NCBI GenBank assembly: GCA_905178155.1
Contig: CAJINV010000002.1
Coordinates: forward strand, 10,148,146 to 10,212,145
From: Amoebophrya sp. A120
Taxonomy: Eukaryota; Protista; Dinoflagellata
Direction: 5' to 3'
DNA length: 64,000 bases
A program made the translations under genes and the position numbers. Under the pieces are notes generated by a model, which saw only the letters and a program-made list of their open reading frames with translations, was not told the DNA's origin and searched no databases. Every line of letters begins with the position of its first letter. The first letter of the stretch is position 1. Of this stretch, positions 47,901 through 58,080 are shown one piece after another.

Positions 47901-50328
47901 GCAGCGCGTCTCCGTGCAGACGCTGCAAAATCGGTTTATCGATGGCAAGCACGTCCCCGCGCCCACCGTGCAGGACAGCTTCCGGTTCACGAGCGTGTTC
48001 GAATCGCTCTTGATTCTGCAACTGCTCTCCCGGCTGGTGTTGGAGCCGAGGTGGAAGCGCATCTTTCTCTTCGAGCCGCGGTACCACGCCATCATACCCA
48101 ACAGCCTGCACGGCACGAATTTCGTGCGGTTGCTCCTCTGCGCTGTCGCCACGGCCACGTGGCCCGAGGCCCGCGAGGCTGCGGCGACGCTCGCGAACCT
48201 GTGCTGGATGGGCGACATGCGGTGCGAGCGCCTGTTCTGCTGGCTGAAGTTCGACTCTCCCACCAACGTCGGCGTGGACAGTAGCGGGGTGTTGAATCCA
48301 CTCACCATTGGCCAGCCGCGGCCACTGGAGCTCGGCCGGGGCATGTACCGGCGGTCGTGGGGCACGGAGTTCGTTGAGGGCTCGGCGATCATATATGCAT
48401 TGCAAAAATGTCTGGGTCTGGAAACTTCTCATGCTAAAAGTGAATGGGAGACGCACTGCAATACGCAGCTATGCATGACAAATTTTTTGGCTCCCATGTC
48501 TTACGTATTCCGCATGGCAAACTGCGCTTTTGCATGACAGGTAAGAGGGCCCCCTCTTCGTGCCTATGCAACACAGATTCTCGAGTCATGCCAGACAAAC
48601 ATGACAAACTTGCATTCTTCCAGACCCAGACATTTTTGCATTTGATATCATACTGCACCCCACCACGGTGTCGCCCACGAAAATTCCCGCGGCCCTAACG
48701 TCGGCCAGCCCCGGGTCTACCTTTACGAACTCAAACGGCAGCTTTGGAACGCTCCTCCAGGCGAACCTGAAAACGGCGCACCTGGCCAACCGGCACTGGA
48801 CCCTGCACTGCTGGTTCTACTGGGACCCGGTGGACATGCTGCGCGACGCCGGCCCGCCGCAGGGTGCGGACGACGGTCCGGAGGAAGCGGGTGGTGCAGC
48901 CACAACGGCGCAGGGAGGTAGTAATCCTGGTGGCGCAACTACTACAACCACTGCAGGCAATTATCTTCTGACCATGGTGCTGCTCCAAACGCACCCGAAG
49001 CAACACCAGACGCTGATAAAATTTGCGATCGCGAAAGAATCCACCGGGTTGCAAACGTCGAGCAGCTTCTTTGGGTTCGGGTCCTCCCGCGCTGGCAACC
49101 AGCAGCCCGAGCAGCAGTACCAGCTGAAAATCGTTCTGAAAGACGTCCGCGGGGGCGAGCAAGTGGTCGATGTGCAGCCGAAATTGACGCAAGGGTGGCA
49201 CCGATTTGCGCTGGTGTCCTCTATATGGATTGCAAAAGTGTCTGGGTCTGGAAGATTGCAACTTGTCATGCTAAATCCGAATCATGCAAAAATGAAAATC
49301 TGTGTTGCATGGGTGCCAAAAGCTGTCCACTTTCGACCAAGTTGGGAGGGAGTTTCCCATGCAGGATAGGCATGATAGAGACCCCACAGACTCTGTCATG
49401 CTAGGTCCCGCATTCCAGACCTCAAGGGTCATGGAAAACCTGCATGTCAAGATTACACTCTTCCAGACCCAGACATATTTGCAATCCATACTCTACCCCC
49501 GACGCGTACGCGAACGCGTACAACGGGTGCACGATCTACATCGACGATTGGACGCAAAAATTGTCGCCGCAGACGTTTCTGCGCAACGACTTTTATCTGC
49601 TGGGGAACGACACCGCGGGACAGGAGCCGTTTGGCGGACTGGCCGATTTCCGGATCTACGCGCGCACCCTGAAGGAAGCGGAGTTGGAACTTCTGCTGCA
49701 TCCGCCGCTGTTCGGAAGTAAAACCGAGAAGTCCATCGCGGTCGACAGCCGAGGGAAGCAACCGCAGCCGGAGCTGGATCCACCGAAGGGCGTGCCGACC
49801 GATGTGCCTGCGGAGAACTACTTTCCCGACCAGATTGTGCGGATGTTGCGGGACTGCGGCAGCGTGAAAATTCTCGCCAGCCGGCTGAACGTCGCGGACA
49901 CTGCGGCCGAATGCTTACGGGTGTTGTATCAAATGCAAAAATGTCTGGGTCTGGAAGAATGGGCGACTTGTCATGCAGCTTTTCCATGAGCCATGAGGTC
50001 TGTAATGCAGGACCTAGCATGACATATTCTGTGCGATCTCTCTCATGCCTATCCTGCATGAGAAACTCCCTCCCGACTTGGTCAAAACTGGACGACTTTT
50101 GGTAATCATTCAACACAGACTTTTGCATGCTTCAGATTTAGCATGACAGGTTGCATTCTTCCAGACCCAGACATTTTTCCGTTTGATATGTTGGGCACGC
50201 TCGCGACGTTGCAAGAAGCGCGGAGCGAGATCTTCGGTATCTGTGGACCGAAAATCCTCGAGCTCAGCGAGTCCCCCCTGCCCATGATAAAACGCCAAGC
50301 TGCTCGGGTTCTTCACAATTTGAGATGA
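44937..50328 (+). CDS. Large protein: probable N-myristoylation, helical (ARM-like) region, C-terminal concanavalin A/LamG-like domain
   Basis: Starts MGNAAA; GT-AG introns 45888-46138 and 46505-46662 in phase 0; three TIR elements; LamG-like motifs WTLHCWF, WHRFALV, TIYIDD, LLGN, FGGLADFRIYARTLKEAEL. Confidence 0.75.
48394..48647. mobile_element. Introner-like TIR element, family A (A2, inverted relative to 24923-25174), 254 bp
   Basis: TATGCATTGCAAAAATGTCTGGGTCTGGAA ... TTCCAGACCCAGACATTTTTGCATTTGATA; direct repeat TCATA at 48389-48393 and 48648-48652; restores SAIILHPTTVSPT. Confidence 0.95.
49224..49490. mobile_element. Introner-like TIR element, family A (A1, same orientation as 261-522), 267 bp
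   Basis: TATGGATTGCAAAAGTGTCTGGGTCTGGAAGA ... TCTTCCAGACCCAGACATATTTGCAATCCATA; direct repeat CTCTA at 49219-49223 and 49491-49495; restores LVSSTPDAY. Confidence 0.95.
49927..50188. mobile_element. Introner-like TIR element, family A (A1, inverted relative to 261-522), 262 bp
   Basis: TATCAAATGCAAAAATGTCTGGGTCTGGAAGA ... CCAGACCCAGACATTTTTCCGTTTGATA; direct repeat TGTTG at 49922-49926 and 50189-50193; restores LRVLGTLATL. Confidence 0.95.
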
Positions 50329-51606
50329 TCATGATTGTAAATGATCACGTCGTGCGCGGAAACCGATGCTCCTTTCTGCCATCCCTTAGTTAGTATGTTT
50401 TCTTTTCCGCATGAAACGCTGCGCGCATGGGCATGATATTTTTCACTTCACACTTTCACAGCAAGAATTTAGATATTTATACAAAAATACGAATCATTGG
50501 ATCAAGCAGATCAAGACTAGGTGTTTCCATTCGCTCAACGCTTGAATACTTCAAACAAAAATCCAGATATACTTCGCTAGATCAGAAAGTCTTCTATTGG
50601 TATTGCCTTGCTTGATCGAAATAAAATAACACTCACTCACAGAAATGGAAGTAAAAAGCACAGAAAAATGGCTTCGATAAACTTTGGATGCACCATCGAG
50701 ACTCCGTGTAATTAACATTTGGCGCAACTAACAAGTTCCAACTGCAAAACTTGTGCGGATAAGAATGAAAATTCAGATCTTCAGCCGGCGATCCTTCACA
50801 ATCGGCTTATTGCGGGTCCCAGCATACGACGGATTCTTGTTCTTTTCCAATGTCTGACGACTCCGATCATTCAAGGTGTAGATTCTCAACGTCGCTGGGA
50901 TCTACTTCCTGGAAAGAACAAGATTGAATTTAGTTTTAGTGGAAATCGGAATACTAGAAGCTAAAATAAACCCCTATACTGTGATGTTGACGCCAGGCAC
51001 CAAGAGATGCAGAGACATCAAGATTCCTCGCAAACATGTACGATGATTTAAGGTGGACCTGTATCCTCAAATGAAACTCATTGTCATGCTCCTCTAGAGG
51101 CAAATTGCGGAAAACGAAAAGCCACGACCGCGACCGATTGCGCCCCGGACCTAGTTGTTGCGCCTGCTCTGCCCGACGCGGAGAGATCAACATCCAGACG
51201 AGGAGAGCAAAAAAAGCGACAAGGATAATGTGTGTGGCTACGGGACCGAAAGCGAATCTGAGCTTTGTTTAGCACCAGGCGATCGACCTCAAAAACAACG
51301 AAGCAAGTCGGCGAAAGATATTCAATCGTCAGCAGTAGAGTACTAGGAAGCAAGTTTTCATTCTCAACAGCCGGCGCAATTCTCGAAATATCTTCGCCAA
51401 GCTTGTCCGCCGACTTCCGTCGTCCAAGCAGTAGCAGCAGAAGTGCAGTTCTTGCGGTTCGACAAATTGATCCCGCGCTACTGCGAGCAAGCTAAACTTG
51501 AGTACTTGCGACGTGTCTCTCACCAGTGTAACAAGTAGTCACCCGCCTAGTAGACGAAGAACGCTCCTCCTAGTAGCCCCCCGCGACGACGACGACCAAG
51601 TCCAAG

Positions 51607-54545
51607 ATGTCTCCGCCCCTCGCTCCCCCCCACAACATCCACCTGTTCGAGTCGATATGCATTGCAAAAGCATCGTACTCGTATAAATGCATTACAAATT
51701 TCCTCAGCATGAGAAATATAATTTGTGATGCAGATTTGCCTTGGAAACAAGATTTGTATTGCAAGACTTGCATTTGTACGAGTACGATACTTTCGCACAG
51801 GATAGTCGAGCTACAAGGTCGACTACGACGATGTGGATGTGAAAATCACAAGTGTGATATCCTAAGGAAAAACATCCCCACCCCAAAGTCAAGATGGGGA
51901 TTTTGCAACACAAACCTGGAAGTTTTGGGAGCCACGCATGACAAATTGCAGGCTGTATTGTAGTGCAGTTTAGCAAGGGAAGTCGCATTACAAATCCAGC
52001 TGCTTTATGCAGTTTACAGCATTACAAGTCCGAAACACGATTGGAAATGCCTATCATGGTGATGCGCATTACAAATGCTCTTGTGCTTGCAGATCTGCAT
52101 GACAAGAACTCATAGGTGGGGATGTCTTTACACAGGATATGTGAACGACAAGACGATCACGTTCACGCTCGAGGGCTGCGACACCAGCACGGCCAACGCG
52201 CTGCGCAGGATACTGATGGCGGAAATCTACACCATGGCAATAGATCTGGTCACCATCTACGAAAACAATTCGGTCCTGTTCGACGAATTCATAGCGCACC
52301 GGCTCGGCCTGATCCCGCTCGAGTCCAACGGGATCGGCGACATCCTCTCCGACCACGGCGAGGAGCGAAAACGGATCACACAAAAAATACACAACAGCAT
52401 GAATCTGAGTATTCAAATGTTAAATTGATTCAGACCTTTGTCCTTCATTCGATTACGTTTATGTCGTTGCTTTGCATTAATCCAAGTACCATGGAATGGT
52501 CGTGTTCCGGCAATTATGCACTTTCTGACATGTCATGGTTAACGCCTGCGTCTTTACAACCATCACTTCAAAACACGACAATGAGCCGCGCACCTGAAAC
52601 ATAAAGATGAAAATATTAAAAACAGCTGCAGAACAGAAAGCCTTTGAGAGCGCGCGTAACGATCTCGGGATTACTTATGCGGTTGCATCCATCGATGACC
52701 CAAGCAGGGGCGGTTGTGACTGCAGCGGTGGGTGCCCAAGGTGTGAAGTGAAGTTTGAGATCGACGTGGAGAATTTTTCGGGGCACCCGATGGACGTCAC
52801 GCACTTCGACCTGAAACTGGTGCACAATCCTGCAGAGGACGAGACAAGCCTCAGACCGTATAGAGAAGACATTTAACTGTTCGCGTTCAACCTCAGACCG
52901 TTTTGGAGATATGTTCACCTGTTCCCTAACACAGTAAATGAGATTTGTTTGAAGTGTTCTTTGCATCTTTTTTCGGCATTACGAACAACCGTCAAGGAGT
53001 GTGGAAAGAGACCTGATGCTTATTTACAGAAAAAATTGATTTCAAAACAGCCAGCGGGCATTCCAAGTCCTTCCAATGCCGCAAAGGGATCCCCTCTACA
53101 GTGAAGAAGATGACAGAAAAAGAAACGGTAAGTCGTACAATTTTTTTGCACCTACCACTTCATGTGCAATGACAAAGCAGCGGTTTTTTTGATAGATGAG
53201 TGTTACGCCCAGCTTCAACACAAAGCTCCTTGAATTCCCTATCTTACCAAAAACTACAGGCATCAAAATCGTGAAGCTCCAACACGGGCAGAAGTTGAAG
53301 CTGGAAGCCACGGCCATCAAGAATAACGCCAAATTCCACGCCAAGCACAATCCAACAGGGACAGTGTGTATGAAGCAGGACGCCGACGTCAGAATAAATG
53401 AGAACACAAAGGTATAGAGCTTTGTTTCATTTTTTCACGACGGCGCGCGATCCAAGTTCGTGATCGTGGAAAAATAAATGAATTAAGTACAGCGATGGAA
53501 TGAACCAACTAGATGCGCTGTAGAGTAAGTAGTTCGCCATAACCGTGAGGGCGAAGTGTGGGGTTGTATGAAGAGTTTCAAAAGCCGAAAATTCTCTCAC
53601 AGTTCCACCCTACTCTGGAGCAGAAGCGCGACATTGCAAAGTCCTGCCCGCAAGGGGTCTTCGACTTGGAAGATATGGGAAAATTGGTTGTCGCTAACGA
53701 GGACCGGTGTATCCACTGCGACAGTTGCACGGACTACTGTACAGAAAACAACATAAAAGGCTACGTCACGATTGACCACCACCCCAGGAGGTTCCATTTC
53801 GAGGTCGAATCCACGGGCGCGAAGCATCCCGCTGCCATAGTCAAAGCAGGTACTTAGTGTGTTTTTTAGAAGAAAATACTATCCACGACGAAGATCTAGA
53901 TCATTTCGATTTTTTCTTCTGCAAGAACTTTTATTCGTTCTCGTCGTAGAAAGCGGTCTAATTGATATAAGTAGTAATTTGCAAGAGGAAGAACAATCCG
54001 ACTCAAACCTCCACAGGCCTGCGCATCTGGAAGGACAAGCTTTTCCACTTCAAGAGGGACATCAAGCGCCTTCATTCAGACATTGCGGATCTTGGTACCG
54101 AGGGTATGCCATTAGGCTTCGCCATTATGGACCAGAGTGCGCAGGGCGGATCGGCACGAGGCGACGAAAATATGTCCTCTCAAGGAATGGAATTCACTTC
54201 GATGGGCACAGCATCGCAGGGCACCGGCGCTCCAATAAACGTCTCTCAGGCTCCCTCCGTCGTCGAGAGCAGCGCGCACAGGCAGAGGGTTCGCCCACGA
54301 TTTGGACCGCCGGGGAGCGCTGGCATGGAGAGCGAGTATTTTGATTTGATTTTTTAATTAATATGAAAATTTATTAACCTTCGTGCATTTTCTCAATACC
54401 AATACTTAGACTTACAAGACACCACATGTCGTTTTCATTCGATGAAAGAACATATGCAGAATACGAAAAAAAAATCGAATTGACTAACAGCGCGGGCTCC
54501 CAGGCTATGGACATCGACGACGACGTCGACGACGACGAGATTTAA
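51607..54545 (+). CDS. RPB3: RNA polymerase II subunit RPB3; two TIR elements plus several GT-AG introns
   Basis: FTLEGCDTSTANALRRILMAEIYTMAIDLV, NNSVLFDEFIAHRLGLIPL, Zn loop CDCSGGCPRC, IVKLQHGQKL, HAKHNP, FHFEVESTGA; some internal junctions and the last exon inferred. Confidence 0.9.
51656..51804. mobile_element. Introner-like TIR element, family F, 149 bp
   Basis: TATGCATTGCAAAAGCATCGTACTCGTATAAATGCA ... TGCATTTGTACGAGTACGATACTTTCGCACAGGATA; direct repeat GTCGA at 51651-51655 and 51805-51809; restores LFESSYKVDY. Confidence 0.92.
51858..52139. mobile_element. Introner-like TIR element, family C, 282 bp
   Basis: TATCCTAAGGAAAAACATCCCCACC ... GGTGGGGATGTCTTTACACAGGATA; direct repeat TGTGA at 51853-51857 and 52140-52144; restores KITSVNDKTITF. 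Confidence 0.95.
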
Positions 54546-56024
54546 AACTACAGCTTCCTCCAGGCTGCACCAGTTTTCTGAGCCAAGATCACAAGTTTTT
54601 TTCACCGACCGAAAGGGAAAGAGTGTAATAGAGCTGCAGCAAAGCCTGCTCGTGCTCTACTTCCGACGATGAAGATGCGCGACATCTTCTGCGCGACCCG
54701 ACGTTCTTTAATCCATCATCAAGATGCTCTATGTTCATCCGTTTATTGCTCCGCGTAGTTCATCACAAGACAAGATTTTTACGGAAAGTTCACAAAAACG
54801 ACTGTCCAGCTAGTAGGACAGAAAGCACAACAGATTTACTTATTAAGTTTCAGGTTTACATCATCGTCAGTATCGCAGGAGCTCAGGCGGAAAACAAAAA
54901 CAATTAGACGAAGGCGAAGCCGCGCATTTGTTAGTGAATACTATCGCTGCGGTCGTCTCATGGAATTTTTTAAAGTAAGTCGAGGGAACGGGACGCCGAG
55001 AGTAATACTCGCGGAATTTTCAGAAGCTGTGTGCTGCGGAATGCACAAACGGATTGATTTCCAGCCTGAATTATGATCAAAGTATACTATTTCTGCGCTG
55101 GAAGCAGAGCAGCTTTCGTTTCTCTTTCTTCACGCTGCGGTGACGAGCGAACTGAGGTTCGAGGTTTTCTTTTTGAATAGCCGACGACAAGTTCTTTGCT
55201 GATGATTCCACAACTTTTGCCAGTTTTCAGCCGAAGCCGTACCATTGGACCTCGAAGGAGAAGATGAAAACGAAAAGAAAATCAGGGAAGAAAAAGAAAG
55301 AACAATCTAAGTAGAACCTACGGCATTGTCAGCTTGGTGGCCAGGGGCCGCGGCCCACATTCTTCGACCCGGCCAGGAGTTCCCCTGCTTCTACAGGAAA
55401 AAAGGAAAAGTTCAAGTTGTGAAACCTTAAAGAAAATGGCTTGTTCGGCCGCAATCTCCATTCTATCTTTCAGGGAAAGAGTTCGGAAGATTCAGATCAA
55501 CGAATGATATTGTAGTTCCCGAATGCAAGCCGTGATCATGGATCGCAAAATGTAAGCGAAAATGGCGCTACAAGAATCAGAAGTGGTGATCAGTACATCT
55601 GTTGCCCCGCATTCAACCATTTTGGTGGAAGGGCAGTTTCTTCTGTGCCGAATGTTGCTCACCTTTGCGTATGCCTTTCAAACATACAACAGCAGTCGAG
55701 TAAATAAGATTTCAACTCTGTAGCTTCGTCTTGTTCTACGATAGGCAGTTTGATTTTGTCGAAGACACACCAATTTTACCTCACCAACCTTTTCTCATAT
55801 CACCTTCTTTATTGGCTCATCATCAATAAAAGTTGTTGGTGCCCCAAGGACAAGGTGGTTCTTTGTATACTTCTTCACCATCTAACGAATAAGCGTCGCT
55901 TGACAACTACGACAAAGTAAGTAACCTGATTCATCAAGTAGTAACTCGATTTCATTTGTATATTGGTTTGGAGCGGTCCACGACCAGGAGCAGCAAAACG
56001 TCACTCGGCGGGAAAAACCAGAAA

Positions 56025-58080
56025 ATGTTGTTGGGTGAGCAGCAAACCGAAAGGGACGACGACATAGTTGTCACGGACAAGAAGTCGTTCGAAACTTCCA
56101 AGGAACAACCAGCTCCGCAAAAGAAGGTTTCGAAGGGCGTTCTTTCCGAGGCGTCCACCACCGCGAGCGCCGACGACGGCTTGGAAGATCCGGAACCCTT
56201 CACCTGGGTGGACTGGGTGTGCTGGTACGTGGTCAGCTGGGGATTTCTGCTGCGGTTCCAGAAGGGGTTCTTGAAGATCCGGATGCCGAACGGCGTCCTC
56301 CACACCTTCGGGGACCACCGCAGCGATTTGCAGTGCGAGTTGCAGGTGTTCCGCCCCCGGCTGTTCCGCCGGTTTTTGTTGGGGGAAAGCATCGGCATGG
56401 CGGAGTCCTACATGGACGGGGACTGGACGTGCGAGGATTTGACGTCCTTCGTGGCGCTGGTGCTCGAGCAGGACAAGGCGGGCGTCCTCGTCGGGCTGCC
56501 CTACGTGAAGGAGATCGAGATCAAGGTGCGCTCCCTGTACAACTACCTCTTCCGCGCGGGCTACCACTTCGAGTTCTCGCTTGCCAACGTGCAGCAGCAC
56601 TACGACATTGGGAATGACCTGTACGAGCGGATGCTGGACCCGTCCACCTTCAGCTACACCTGCGCACTGTACCGCAACCCCTTCGCGGACCAGCATTTTA
56701 TCGCCGCCTCGCAGTTCGGCAAGGACATGTCCGGGAAGAACGAATTAACCCACCAGGCCTACAAGTCCATTTCGCTGGACCAGGCGCAGCTGAACAAGAT
56801 CCATTTATTGATCAAGAAGGGCAACATATCCAGGAAAAAAACTGTGTAAGTGTAACTTTCTTTGAGGAACAGCATCACAAATTTGCTCCGAGTGTGATGG
56901 TGATGGCTTCGGTCCGCCTGACTCCGCGACCCGGTGGCCTGACCATCTGCGGAAAGGTGCCCTATGGGTTGCGTTTGTGGTTTCGGTCGGTTTAGCATCA
57001 CAAATTTGCTCTACATGACAGAGAAAACCTGTCATGCATGGTTTGTAAGGGAAAATACACATGAAAAGAGGACTTCATGGCTGTCTGGGATGACAGGCGT
57101 AACTCTGTTGCATCTTCTGCAACACAAATTTACACTTACACAGTTTTTTTCTTGCATACAACATCCAGAGGCACCACCGCGTGCTGGAGCTCGGGTGCGG
57201 GTTCGGCGGGTTCTCCTGCGAACTGGCCAAGCAGGTGGGCTGTCGCGTGGACTGCTACAACCTCTCGGTGGAGCAACTCGCACTCGCGCGCGCCCGCGCG
57301 AAGAAAGCGGGCGTGGAGCACCTGATCAACTACATGCACGACGACTACCGCGCCTGCGTGCACTACTACCCGACCAAGGAGGACGAGGTACTGCGGGACG
57401 GCGTCAAGTCGGAACTGTCGGACCGCCGCAAGACGGGGAGCGCGCGCAATCTGTGGAACCAGTACGACGTGATCGTGTCCATCGGTATGCTGGAGCACGT
57501 GGGGCACAACGACCTGGTGGTGTTCTTCGAGACCTGTGACCGCATGCTGAAGCCGGGCGGCACGGCGGTGGTCCACACCATCACGTCCAACGATTTCGGG
57601 TACGAGCACCACAAGGTGACCTACGGTTTCATCCAGAAGTACATCTTCCCGGGCGCCTGCATTCCGGCGGTCGGGGCCATCGTGGCGGCCGCCACCGGTC
57701 ATTCCAAGTTTGAGCTGCAACACTTCGAGAACATTGGCCAGCACTACGCGCCGACGCTGCGCCACTGGCGGGAGAATTTCTACCGCAACTTGGACGAGAT
57801 TATGGCACTGAAGGACGAGAACACGGGCAAGCCGAAGTACGACAGCAAGTTTATCCGCATGTGGGACTTCTACCTGTGCAACTGCGAGGCGGAGTTCATC
57901 ACGGGGCACTTCGGACTGGGCCAGTTCGTGTGGAAACGCCCCAGTTCGGAGTACACCGACAAGGCGGCGCGCGACCGCATCATCCCGGTGCTGCCCTCGC
58001 TGTCTGCGCTCCCGGATGACGAGGTTGACACCTACGGAAACGTCGTGGCATCACTGTCTGGTTCCAAGAAAACGGAGTAG
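56025..58080 (+). CDS. Cyclopropane-fatty-acyl-phospholipid synthase family methyltransferase; exons 56025-56826 and 57164-58080
   Basis: GESIGMAESYMDGDW, NVQQHYDIGNDLY, SYTCA, VLELGCGFGG, IVSIGMLEHVG, FIQKYIFPG, HYAPTLRHW, RMWDFYL. Confidence 0.92.
56827..57158. mobile_element. Introner-like TIR element, family G, 332 bp
   Basis: TATCCAGGAAAAAAACTGTGTAAGTGTAA ... TTACACTTACACAGTTTTTTTCTTGCATA; direct repeat CAACA at 56822-56826 and 57159-57163; restores KKGNIQRHHRVLELGCG. Confidence 0.95.

Noticed and set aside
47188-48456. Long minus-strand ORFs here and at 45039-45881, 56001-56696, 57136-57909, 59894-60859
   Set aside because: Antisense shadows of GC3-biased + strand genes.
261-50188. 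Recurring short ORF peptides such as SNVKMSGSGR and LPDPDIF suggesting a gene family
   Set aside because: They are translations of the family A TIR in different frames and strands, not proteins.
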